The notes under the pieces are model-generated. The model saw only the letters and a program-made list of their open reading frames with translations. It had not been told where the DNA came from and did no database searches. DNA of 21,638 nucleotides from Octopus sinensis (lineage: Eukaryota): assembly GCF_006345805.1 (NCBI RefSeq), contig NW_021823606.1, forward strand, positions 1-21,638, written 5' to 3'. Both the position numbers and the translations under genes were made by a program. Below, piece after piece: positions 1 to 9,643 of this stretch (position 1 is its first letter; every line of letters begins with the position of its first letter).

Positions 1-337
1 ATTTTATAAATTTATTTTTTGATATTTTGGAACAATGCAATTTTTCTTCTCAGCAAATTGCTGTTTAAAATTCTAACTTCAACTCACAGATTCATAAATC
101 TACGTAGACTGTTTGATTGCAATAACCGTACATGGTCAAATACGCTTGTTTGATTTCCCATCCTCACCTAATACAGTTTACAAGCTAACTGTTGGAAGTT
201 GTTGAATTATAGTTCAGGGACACAATATATTAACAATGGGGCGGAGACGAACCGCTGCCCTTAGATTCGGTTGTCTTATCCCAAGCTGAATCAACCAATC
301 GTTCATTTTACTAAACGCTTAAAACTTTGAGATCAAA

Positions 338-529
338 TTTTGGCACAAAGCCAGCAATTTCAAGGGCAGAGGTGAATCGATTACATCGGCCTCAGTGCTC
401 AAATGGTACTTATTTTAACGACCTCGGAATGATGAAACGCAAAGTCACCCTCTGTGGAATTAGAACTTAGAATCCAAAAGCCGCTAAGCATTTTGCCCTC
501 TGTGCTAACGATTCTGCTAGCTCGCCACC
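338..529 (-). mobile_element. tRNA-derived SINE, family S1 (consensus head ggcggcgagctggcagaatcgttagca...), diverged copy
   Basis: The reverse complement aligns along its length to the intact copy at 6787-7021: gctagcagaatcgttagcac head, ctttgcgtttcatcattccgaggtcg body, aagtaccatttgagcactgagg tail. Confidence 0.85.
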
Positions 530-1249
530 ACCTTAAGAAGTATTGATATTAATTTTAAAAAAATTAGTTTCAGAAAACAGTCAGTTATTTCCATTGCATA
601 ATGGTTATGATGGCGTCTTTGAAAGAAATGCAGTGGAATGTAAGAAGTGATACAGCTTCTAACTAAATGCCAGACAGCATTTAGATTCGTCCTTCCATGA
701 AGTAATAGCAAATCGCATACGTGAGACCTTTTCCCTTCATCCCACCGGGGGCAGTAAAATATTACTAGGTATGTTATGGGGTCCATTAATAGGTTAAAAT
801 CTTCCCGTATAAATTCGTAGATTTGTGCTAATGTAAAAAATCGTTAAGATTTGATGGTCTTCAATAGCAGAAACAGAAGTAACGGAAAAATTGCCGAGTT
901 GGTTTTCATTTCCTAAGTCTAGATCAATTAGAACCACTTGCATTAATTCAGTTATTGATACCTAATTCTTTACAAAAATTAGCCTTGTGCCTAATCAGAG
1001 AAAATTGTAATGGTATTTAGTCATAGAATTTCAGACAGGAGATAGTGAGTCAGACTAGGTACATTACGGCCTCTGGTTTGAGACCATCCCTTTCTACATT
1101 TACTGATGCAGTTGTTGTTAACCTCGAGTTCTATGAGAAAAGGAGTTCTAGCTACGAATGTAATGTGTATTTATTTCAAGCTCTATAACATCCAACATGC
1201 ACTTGCCGTTCTACGAAAGCTTAGTAAGATCGCTCTAACCCTTTTATTG

Positions 1250-1730
1250 ACATCGGTCAAATCGACGACACATTTTACCGAGGCAAAAACAAAAGATTAC
1301 TAAGATTTTGAAGACAATATGTCACGTGGTAGGAAAATGTCTGAAATACATTAATCAAGTAACCGTATCAAATTTCCAATGAAAACCTCTCGAGATACAA
1401 AACTACCATAAGACGTATTTCAGAAATGTTTTAAAAGTCACATCAATAATTGATTTTCGATGAGATTCTCACAAGCTTTACCAAAGCTTGTTTCCGATGC
1501 TTCTCAAGTAATGATGAAACTGCCCTTTCCGTTATCCTAGCAACTTACTGCTTTGTCACACATTTAGAGTAATACTATCGTATTTGGAAAAGCTTCACAA
1601 ACGTATTTTTCGTGCTGAAAAGTCTTACATCTTAGAAAGTTTGGTTTCCTTTATGATAATAAATCAAACATGACAACAAAATTTATTAACCAATGTGTTA
1701 TCATTTATATTTACATCTAATCGATTATGC
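1250..1730. repeat. Unclassified interspersed repeat, copy A (inverted and strongly diverged relative to copies B and C)
   Basis: Shares collinear blocks with the reverse complement of 6200-6730: tcacatcaat, acaagctttaccaaagc, acttactgctttgt, tatttggaaaa, actaccataa, atcggtcaa. Boundaries are approximate. Confidence 0.65.
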
Positions 1731-1785
1731 AGGAAAAGTAGTAATCCCCTGGTGTATCTTCGTTCAAAGGAACTCGATAAATCAG

Positions 1786-1816
<31 letters not shown>

Positions 1817-1848
1817 AATAATAGTAATAATAATAATGATAATAATAT
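1786..1848. repeat. Compound trinucleotide microsatellite (TGA)n-(ATA)n
   Basis: Direct reading of the sequence. Confidence 0.95.
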
Positions 1849-2036
1849 CACAAATTTTACGGTCAATAGACCTTTCCTGAAAATGGCGACAAATGTGTAA
1901 TATAGCTTTTCAGTATATCAGAATATTATTGAAAATTTATTGCTATCTCAGTTTATTCTCGATATAGTTACTCATCTTAGGATTTATAATATTACTTGGA
2001 TACTGGTTCAAGTCGATGTATATATGTATGTATGCA

Positions 2037-2215
2037 TTTCTTTTGTTTCAGCCATTTGACTGTAGCCACACTGGAGCACCGCATTGAACACTTTTAGTCG
2101 AACAAAATGACCCCAGTATTTAGTTTTAAAAAACCGTGTATTCTATCAGTCTCTTTCACCGAACCGGTTCTCTAGCGGTGGTGGAGGACAAATACAGACA
2201 GACAGAAATACACGC

Positions 2216-2259
<44 letters not shown>

Positions 2260-2418
2260 CACGCAACATACGGCGGGTTTCTTTCAATTTCCGTCTACCA
2301 GATACACTCACAAGGCTTTGGTCGACCCGAGAATATAGTAGAAGACACTTGTCCAAGGTGCCACTGAAACCGGAACCATGTGTGGGAAGGCAAGCTTTCT
2401 ACCACACTGCCACATCTG
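2037..2418 (-). mobile_element. tRNA-derived SINE, family S3, with internal (TG)n microsatellite and internal deletions
   Basis: The reverse complement matches 18161-18580: cacatggttccggtttcagt, caccttggacaagtgtcttctactata, aaagccttgtgagt, tggtagacggaaattgaaagaa, tail ending tgaaacaaaagaaa. Confidence 0.9.
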
Positions 2419-2421
2419 GGC

Positions 2422-2464
2422 ATATATATATATATATATTTACACACACACACATATATATATA

Positions 2465-2519
<55 letters not shown>
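2422..2519. repeat. (TA)n microsatellite with a short (CA)n interruption
   Basis: Direct reading. Confidence 0.95.
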
Positions 2520-2523
<4 letters not shown>

Positions 2524-2548
2524 AAATGTTACAATTACTCAATATTCA

Positions 2549-2611
2549 AGATAAAACTCTGAGTTTCAGATGCCGAAGTGGAAATCCACAAGACCATCTC
2601 TTCGGGTATCT
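2549..2611 (-). ncRNA. Type I hammerhead ribozyme-like motif (degenerate)
   Basis: The minus strand reads agata-c-CCGAAGA-gatggtcttgtggatttccacttcggcatct-GAAA-c-tcaga-g-T-T-t-tatct. Stem I is agata/tatct, stem II is gatg/catc plus gtgg/ccac, stem III is the near-palindrome aactc-a-gagtt, and the triplet is GUU. Deviations: U4>C, G10.1-U11.1, one stem I mismatch next to the core. Confidence 0.6.
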
Positions 2612-2613
2612 GG

Positions 2614-2676
<63 letters not shown>

Positions 2677-2722
2677 ATATGTATGTATGTACTATCTATC
2701 TATATATTTGTCTGGCAGTCTG

Positions 2723-2796
<74 letters not shown>

Positions 2797-2805
2797 ATCT
2801 ATCTA

Positions 2806-2838
<33 letters not shown>

Positions 2839-2856
2839 ATATATATATATATATAT
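2612..2856. repeat. Compound microsatellite (CA)n-(TA)n-(TATG)n-(TATC)n-(TGTC)n-(TA)n, paralogous to 3439-3714
   Basis: Direct reading; shares the unique linkers ggcccacccacac, taatatgtatgtatgtac and tatttgtctg(g/t)cagtctgt with 3439-3714. Confidence 0.9.
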
Positions 2857-3438
2857 CGAGAAAAAAGGAGACAGTAAGACATGCATGCTAAATGGCTTTG
2901 GTGACCATCAAGAGAGCTTCTCCATGGTCATTTTATTATCATTTTTTATTAATAGTAATGATGATGGATGAAGACGACACATTTACATTATATGGTTACT
3001 TTTATTTTGGAAAGTAGTTCCAATGTTAATCTGAATTTTTTCTTCTTCCGCTCTCGTCTCCAAAACAAACAACGTTATTGAAAAGAAACATCTCTCTCTC
3101 TCTCTCACTTTCCCCTCTTTGCTTTTCCTCCCATTCTCAAAAAAAAAAATGAAACAAAAATTCTTCCTCTTCTAAACAAAGTAAAAAACATCTATAAAAG
3201 AACAAGTAAAAAACGTCACATAGCAGAACAAAGGAACGCTCTGTTTTTATCGGTATCATTTTGATTTTAAATCTTACCTTGAAGAGTTCATTTAAACGAA
3301 CGAAAACGCTAATAATAAAGAATTATATAATAAAGAATTAACGCTTTTTCTCGATATACAATATCTGTATACCACTTCTAACACTTTACATTCACACACA
3401 CGCACATACACCCCCACGCACATAGGCCCACCCACACA

Positions 3439-3712
<274 letters not shown>

Positions 3713-3714
<2 letters not shown>

Positions 3715-4190
3715 TAGAATATGGCATTTGGACGACGAATTGATAGTGTCTTCGATTCTCAATGATAGGTTTGATAGTTCTGATAGTTCTGATTTCGGAA
3801 AACGGATAAGAATTATCAAACCTATAATTGAGTTTGTTACTCCTGTCACAGTCTCCACAGTCTCACGGTAAGATTCCCCGAAAACTGAGTTTGTAACTCT
3901 AATCGGGTAAGATGGAGAAACGTATAGACATAATTCGTGGGTCTTTGTATGGTCCCTGATATCAGGGATCAGCAACTGCGCAGTTCTTCACCAGGGTGCA
4001 GGACTGGACAAGATTTTTTTTAAATGGATTACTGGCATTCGTTCATGGATGCAAATCTTTTTATTCCATACCATCTATGTTATCAAAGAGGAAGACAACG
4101 GGCGATACAACTTAGCAACAAATTTCGTCACGGGGATTACGTCAGAAAGGCAATAAACCAGAAAAGACAGAGCAATAAATCTCGTTTAAC
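3713..4190 (+). mobile_element. Possible highly decayed piggyBac-like transposase remnant
   Basis: Peptides from different frames occur in the expected order: IRIWHLDD...[15 protein letters not shown] (cf. LRxLHFDD...KIRPLID), TGQDFLNGL, DNGRYNLATNF (cf. DNWFTSIPLAKNL), GLRQKGNKPE (cf. GTVRSNKREIP). Several stops and frameshifts; no terminal repeats recognised. Judged by eye only. Confidence 0.3.
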
Positions 4191-4450
4191 CTGCTATCAA
4201 TTCAGTCAACCTACTTATTGGCGTAAAAAGGATGAAAGTCAAAGTCGAACTTAGTGATATGTGAAATGAGTGCGCAGTGAGCTGGAACAAATTGTGCGTG
4301 ACATTGTGTCTGATAATCTAACAATTTGATTACGTTGAATAATTATGAATTATGACTTGTCCATAATTATGTATGTATGAATATATACATATATATGTAA
4401 TCTCTGTGACAAAATTTGTTGCTCTAAGTTTATAGCCCGTTGTCTTCCTC
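4088..4450. repeat. Inverted repeat pair, arms 4088-4140 and 4397-4450
   Basis: The reverse complement of the left arm (gtaatccccgtgacgaaatttgttgctaagttgtatcgcccgttgtcttcctc) matches the right arm (gtaatctctgtgacaaaatttgttgctctaagtttatagcccgttgtcttcctc) with 4 substitutions and 2 small indels. Confidence 0.9.
4210..4266 (-). mobile_element. SINE family S1 internal fragment
   Basis: tacttatt...aaaggatgaaagtcaaagtcgaactt matches the reverse complement of the S1 body (gaggtc.actttgcctttcatcctttc...aataagta). Confidence 0.6.
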
Positions 4451-4453
4451 AAA

Positions 4454-4686
4454 TTATTTTCGGGAACGGAACTAGCTCTTCTTTCCAGTAAGATAAATAT
4501 TTTCGTTAACATTTTCCAAATAAGACAGGTTAATTGAAAAATAGAACAAAGCAGTAAGTCACTGAAATTATGAATAGGACTCATTTCATCGTTTCTTTGA
4601 AACTATCGCAATCAGATAGGCTCGTAATCAGATAAAGCTCGTAAAAATATTATCGTTACTCCGTGGTCACACATTAATGTGATAAT
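4454..4686. repeat. Unclassified repeat, copy B (direct duplicate of 6281-6507, about 90% identical)
   Basis: By-eye alignment shows about 15 substitutions and one 6-nt indel over about 230 bp. Confidence 0.95.
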
Positions 4687-4736
4687 ATAATTTGATTTTG
4701 TATTATTGGATTACCGGATAATATAATGAATTTTAT

Positions 4737-4812
4737 ACAAAAGTATTATGAATTGCAACAGAGGAATTACCAGGACAAAAGTATTATGGATTGCTACAGA
4801 GGAATTACCAAG
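4737..4812. repeat. 38-bp tandem repeat x2, with a diverged echo near 4930-4975
   Basis: acaaaagtattatgaattgcaacagaggaattaccagg (4737-4774) and acaaaagtattatggattgctacagaggaattaccaag (4775-4812). Confidence 0.9.
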
Positions 4813-5105
4813 AAGACATATATGAATTTCAAGATTCTCGTGCTAAAGTATATACAAATTTCACATTTCTAAACTAACTATATGAACTATATTTGGAATA
4901 CAAGACAATATAATGGATTTTACATATAAATATGGATTATTGCAGAAGAATAACCAAGGAAGTATATATGGATTTAAAGACTCACATCAATTTTTAATTT
5001 TTAATTTATCTTTCAAACAAACACCATTTTGTAGTTTTACTTCAAATTAAAAAAAAACAAAAAAACAAACTACCATTCGATATGTTATACAGAATTCAAG
5101 TTATA

Positions 5106-5197
5106 TATCTCTGAAGAGCAGACGCGTTGTCTATAAATGCTTATCAATATAGGATTTCATTATAGGGACAACTCTTCTGTGAAACGATCATAACATG
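5106..5197 (+). ncRNA. Type I hammerhead ribozyme-like motif with a long stem II
   Basis: CTGAAGA (5111-5117), then a 63-nt hairpin (gcaga/tctgt, ttgtc/gacaa, tataaatg/cattata, cttat/atagg), then GAAAC (5181-5185), the palindromic loop gatc and the triplet ATA (5190-5192). Stem I is weak (tatct/acatg with one C-C mismatch). Two transitions, at 5180 and 5190, separate it from canonical G10.1-C11.1 and GUA. Confidence 0.65.
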
Positions 5198-5528
5198 CTT
5201 TAAATAATTAATTCAAAACTTTTAAACTGTCATATACATTATATATTTATACTTATAGATATTTGCATATATTTTTATACATATTTATATTTATTTATTT
5301 ATATACTTTTTTAGTACAACAATTATTTTTCACACGCGTATATCTTTCTGAGGAGTTTTGATATTGATTTTCTAATATTTATAATAATATATTATTAATA
5401 TATATATATATAATCGCTCGTATTAAATATATAAATACTTTAATAGTATTAATAATTTGATACAATAGAGCACTCAATATAAAATCAGTATATAATATTC
5501 TCATTGGATATATTTAATAAAGCTTTAT

Positions 5529-5552
5529 TATACATACATACATCTATATATT

Positions 5553-5599
<47 letters not shown>

Positions 5600-5720
5600 T
5601 ATATATATATATATATATATATGTATACCTATGTGTATGTGTGTGTGGGTGTATGTATGTGTATGCATGTATGTATGTATGTATATATGTATGTATGTAT
5701 GTATGTATGTAAGTATGTAT
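5529..5720. repeat. Compound (TA)n/(TG)n/(TATG)n microsatellite
   Basis: Direct reading. Confidence 0.95.
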
Positions 5721-5747
5721 TTAAAGTAATTATTCATCATCACCGTA

Positions 5748-5829
5748 AAGGCAGTGTTATTAGAGCTAGCACCGGATACGCTGTCTGGCGATATACAGTG
5801 CGGTCTTCGGTCTGCTCAGTTGAAATTCC
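5748..5829 (+). mobile_element. Probable decayed SINE S1 5' head
   Basis: aaggcagtg...gctagcaccgg...gcgatata...ctcagttgaaattcc loosely follows the S1 head up to its B-box-like ctgagttcaaattc. Confidence 0.4.
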
Positions 5830-5839
5830 ATCAAGAAAC

Positions 5840-5981
5840 ATTCTTTTCTACTCTAGGCACAAGGCCCGAAATTTAGGAAGAGGGGGCCCAGTCGATTACA
5901 TCGACCCCCAGTAAGCAACTGGGACTTAATTTATCGACTCCGAAAGGATGAATGGCAACGTTGACCTCAGCGGAATTTGAA
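5840..5981 (-). mobile_element. SINE family S1, 3' part (5'-truncated at the B-box region)
   Basis: The reverse complement reads ttcaaattccgctgaggtcaacgttgccattcatcctttcggagtcgataaattaagtcccagttgc...ggccttgtgcctagagtagaaaagaat, matching the S1 body at 6787-7021. Confidence 0.85.
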
Positions 5982-6199
5982 TCCCCCTCCCCACCAAAAA
6001 ATATTGAAAAAACCAATGGTAAAACACTAACTCAATAATAAACTTTATAAAGACTGTATCACATTGATATACTGAAAAAAATTCATTGAATATTAGTCAT
6101 TTTCAGGAAGTGTTAATTAGTAATAAGTCCTATTCTTATTATCGATTTATAGAGCTATTTTGAGCGGAGTTGTCCACGAGCATTAGAAATGTTCTTATG

Positions 6200-6730
6200 T
6201 TACAGAGTTAATATAAAATGGAATAACAATGTTTCGACCTTTAATTTTGCTATTTGAAAATTACAATACGAGTGATTGATTTATTTTCGGGAACGGAACC
6301 AAGTCTTCTTTCCAGTAAGATAAATATTTTTGCTAACATTTTCCAAATAAGACAGGTTAATTGAAAAATAGAACAAAGCAGTAAGTCACTGAAACTATGA
6401 ATAGGACTCATTTCATCGTTTCTTTGAAACCATCGCAATCAGGCAGGCTTTGGTAAAGCTTGTAAAAATATTATCGTTACACCGTGGTTACACATTGATG
6501 TGATAATTAAAAGTTCTTCTGTTTATAAACACACAGTGCGGTTTGAAAGAAGTTTTATGGTAGTTTTCTATCTTGAGATTTTCAATTACTAATTCGATAA
6601 GAATATTTCTTATCGTGTTGATTAGCCTATCTCTGATGTTTTGTTGCTACTTAAAGTTTCTCCATACAGAGGCCAAGACCTAAAATTTGTGGAGAGATGT
6701 TTAGGTGGTTCAAAGTACTTGACCGATACT
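6200..6730. repeat. Unclassified interspersed repeat, copy C (6281-6507 is duplicated at 4454-4686; the whole region is homologous, inverted, to 1250-1730)
   Basis: See copies A and B. Outer boundaries are approximate. Confidence 0.7.
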
Positions 6731-6786
6731 TTATTGAATTGTTTGTTGAGGTTATCTCAACAGATTTCCCATAGAAATTATTGCCT

Positions 6787-7021
6787 GCGGCGAGCTGGCA
6801 GAATCGTTAGCACGCCGGGCGAAATGCTTAGTGGTATTTCGTCTGCCGCTACGTTCTGAGTTCAAATTCTGCCGAGGTCCACTTTGCCTTTCATCCTTTC
6901 GGGGTCGATTAAATAAGTACCAGTTACGCTTTGGGGTCGATATATTCGACTTAATCCGTTTGTCTGTCCTTGTTCGTTCCCTCTGTGTTTGGCCCCTTGT
7001 GGGCAATAAAAAATAAGAAAT
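6787..7021 (+). mobile_element. tRNA-derived SINE, family S1, near-intact copy
   Basis: A-box-like TGGCAGAATCG and B-box-like GAGTTCAAATTC; body gaggtccactttgcctttcatcctttcggggtcgat; A-rich end aataaaaaataagaaa. Several homologues occur in the window. Confidence 0.9.
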
Positions 7022-7179
7022 TATTGCCAGCACTGATTTTGTTACGACATTTCGTATTCGAGCATACCTAACGTAAACATCAATGAGATGGAGGATAAAA
7101 AATGGGTAATAGGTTAATATACCATATTTCAGGAGATTTTGCTTCTTCGTAAGCACCCATCCAACCCATTAGCCATCCA

Positions 7180-7340
7180 TGAGCTCATTGCTTAATTAGC
7201 CACTAAATTATTGTATCGATCTCGGTAGAATGAAAAGCAAAGTAGACCCTGGTTGGATTTGAACTCAGAACGTAAAAATCCAGAGTAAATACTTCAAAGT
7301 ACTTTGTCCGACACTCTAGTAATTCGGCTAATCCATCGCC
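7180..7340 (-). mobile_element. SINE family S1, diverged copy
   Basis: tatcgatctcggtagaatgaaaagcaaagtagaccc...atttgaactcagaacgtaa...aaatac...aaagtactttgtccg...atcgcc is the reverse complement of the S1 head and body. Confidence 0.75.
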
Positions 7341-7485
7341 GATATATTTTAGCATCAGTATACGCGTGCAGAATTTGTATGGTCTTTTAAACCGACGCGT
7401 AATTATTTTACAAATTCCCTTAGGCCTGAAACAAAATATCGACTCCTGTACGAAAGAGAGATAGCGAGGAAGTCGCTAAGTGGTT

Positions 7486-7733
7486 GGTAGAAATAGCAGC
7501 TAAATCATCATCAGCTCAAGCATTACAGTTATAAAAAGGGAAGGACACATTTCATTAAAGAAAACCCAGGATAGTCACAGCTGGAACATCGTTGATTATA
7601 AACCCATTTACATAGGGCTAACATACAGCTAAGAATAATGAACGTACAAATGTATGGTTAATAACAAGTCACGATAATGTATAGGCTTGAAAAAACACAC
7701 GACTGTCACGGTTGGAACTCCGTTGATTATAGA
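7486..7733. repeat. Decayed interspersed repeat with an internal 29-bp direct repeat (7574-7602 and 7705-7733)
   Basis: gtcacagctggaacatcgttgattataaa versus gtcacggttggaactccgttgattataga, 24/29 identical. The flanking aaatagcagc...aaaaagggaaggacacatt resembles a common cephalopod repeat (recall only). Confidence 0.45.
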
Positions 7734-7952
7734 TTTATTCATACAAAGCAGGTATGCAACATTAAACATAGAAATGCATGGTCCAAATCAAACACCATAT
7801 ACTGCCTAACCTGGTTCATAATGTTTTGCTCGTGATTTTATGTCTAAACACAGTCATAATTTCTCTTGAATAGAGTCAAGGCTCTATTTTGTTGAGAATG
7901 ATGCATTGATAATTAAATTATTCAACAGGCACTTTGTTTGACCTAAATATAA

Positions 7953-8270
7953 AAGCGTCGCCCTTTTCAAGCCTAGCCAGGCTCATGGGCCCGGTTTTCC
8001 CGGTTTCTGTGGCGTATATGTCCCCCCCCCCCAGTTGAACGGGACGCCAGTCCATCGCAGCATTACTCAAGAAACAGGAAGAGGGAATGGGAGAAAGTTG
8101 TGGCAAAAGAAGTTGCTCAACAGGGGTCGCCACCTCCCCCTGCTGGAGATTCGTGGAGCTTTTAGGTGTTTTCGCTCAATAAACACACACAACGCCCGGT
8201 CTGGAAATCGAAACCGCGATCCTCCGACCGCGAGTCCGCTGCCCTAACCACTGGACCATTGCGCCTCCAC
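7953..8270 (-). mobile_element. Full-length tRNA-derived SINE, family S2 with tail type b, flanked by a target-site duplication
   Basis: The minus strand starts gtggaggcgcaatggtccagtggttagggcagcggactcgcggtcgg, with an A-box (TGGTCCAGTGG) and a B-box (GGTTTCGATTTCC). TSD gtttgacctaaa(t/c)ataa lies at 7936-7952 and 8271-8287. Confidence 0.92.
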
Positions 8271-8548
8271 GTTTGACCTAAACATAATTGATAAAAATCA
8301 TAGTCAGCTCTGTATTTCCTTTCGTTGTTTCTGTTTCCACTAGTTCCAGCTACTTAGTGCCTTAACGGTTTTATTCATTGGCATCAACCCACGAATCTGT
8401 TAGAGAAAGTTTGGCCGATTGAATCATTATATGCTAACAATATAAGCTAAAATGTCTAGTGCTTATTTTAATGACCCCAGTTGCATGAAAGGCAAAATAC
8501 ACACATTGGTGTTTTGAAATCAGTATAGCAGGAAGAAACTGGTGTCAA

Positions 8549-8652
8549 TAGTGGTAGTAGTAGTAGTAGTAGTAGTATAGTAGTAGTAGAAGAAGAAGAA
8601 GAAGAAGAAGAGAAGAAGAAGAAGAAGAAGAAGAAGAAGAAGAAGAAGAAGA
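8549..8652. repeat. Compound (TAG)n-(AGA)n microsatellite
   Basis: Direct reading. Confidence 0.95.
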
Positions 8653-8794
8653 TGCTCAACAAAAATTATGGTCTTCGAAATATGAATTAATAAACAAAAT
8701 TGTATATGACCTGTTCCTGTAAGTTATAAACAATGAAGAAATATATAATTTGTGGTTATTCCTATAAAATCGTTACATGTTCATAAGCATATGC

Positions 8795-9151
8795 GTGGCA
8801 CTCCGTCGAGGGTTCCAGTTGATCCCATCAACGGAACAGCCTACTCGTGAAATTAACGTGCAAGTGGCTGAGCACCCCACAGACAAGCGTATCCTAAGCG
8901 TAGTTCTCGGGGAGGTTCAGCGTGACAAGGCTGGCCCTTTGAAATACAGGTACAACAGAAACATGAACAAAGAGTGAGAGAAAGTTGTGGTGAAAGTGTT
9001 CAGCAGGGTTCACCCACCCCTGCCGGAGCCTCGTGGAGTTTTAGATGTTTTAGCTAAATAGACACTCGCAACTCTGGTCTGGAAATCGAAACCGCGGACT
9101 TACGAACGCGTGTCCGCTGCCCTACAGTAACCACTGGGCCATTGCGCCTCA
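8795..9151 (-). mobile_element. Full-length tRNA-derived SINE, family S2 with tail type a, flanked by a target-site duplication
   Basis: The minus strand starts gaggcgcaatggcccagtggtta, with an A-box (TGGCCCAGTGG) and a B-box (GGTTTCGATTTCC), and ends ...ggaaccctcgacggagtgcc. TSD ataagcat lies at 8783-8790 and 9152-9159. Confidence 0.92.
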
Positions 9152-9162
9152 ATAAGCATGCA

Positions 9163-9182
9163 TATTATATATATATAATATA

Positions 9183-9276
<94 letters not shown>

Positions 9277-9419
9277 TATATATATATTATATATATAATA
9301 CACACACGGAGTAAACACATAAATGTGAAACAAGGTGGAAAAAAGAGTACTCAAATACCAGTGGTAGAGTAATATGCTTTTATTTAAAGCAGCAGAAAAT
9401 AACAAAACCTGTTACTCTG

Positions 9420-9479
<60 letters not shown>

Positions 9480-9562
9480 AGTTTCAGCTCACGAGCTGTG
9501 GCCATGCTGGGGCCACCACCATTAAAATATGTTGCGCCCAACGTGGGCACATATTTTATATA

Positions 9563-9642
<80 letters not shown>
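9163..9642. repeat. Three long (TA)n tracts (9163-9299, 9425-9478, 9557-9642) separated by two short unique islands
   Basis: Direct reading. Confidence 0.95.
9479..9525 (-). mobile_element. Short fragment resembling the 3' tail of SINE family S3
   Basis: gtttcagctcacgagctgtggccatgctggggccaccacc resembles gtttcagccatttgactgtagccacactggagcaccgc at about 2045-2082. Confidence 0.5.

Positions 9643-9643
<1 letters not shown>

Noticed and set aside
4024-4254. Loose resemblance of the ORF (LFIPYHL...SNKFRHGDY) to alpha-tubulin LFHPEQL...ANNYARGHY
   Set aside because: The spacing is wrong and there are few identities; the ORF ends in a SINE fragment.
6225-6240. Minus-strand cgaaac-att-gtt resembling the 3' half of a hammerhead at the edge of repeat copy C
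   Set aside because: The CUGANGA core is absent and the match is too short to support alone.
8190-9151. tRNA-like sequences with A and B boxes at about 8190-8270 and 9075-9151
   Set aside because: They are SINE heads. They run into a shared non-tRNA body, are bounded by TSDs and lack a complete cloverleaf acceptor stem.
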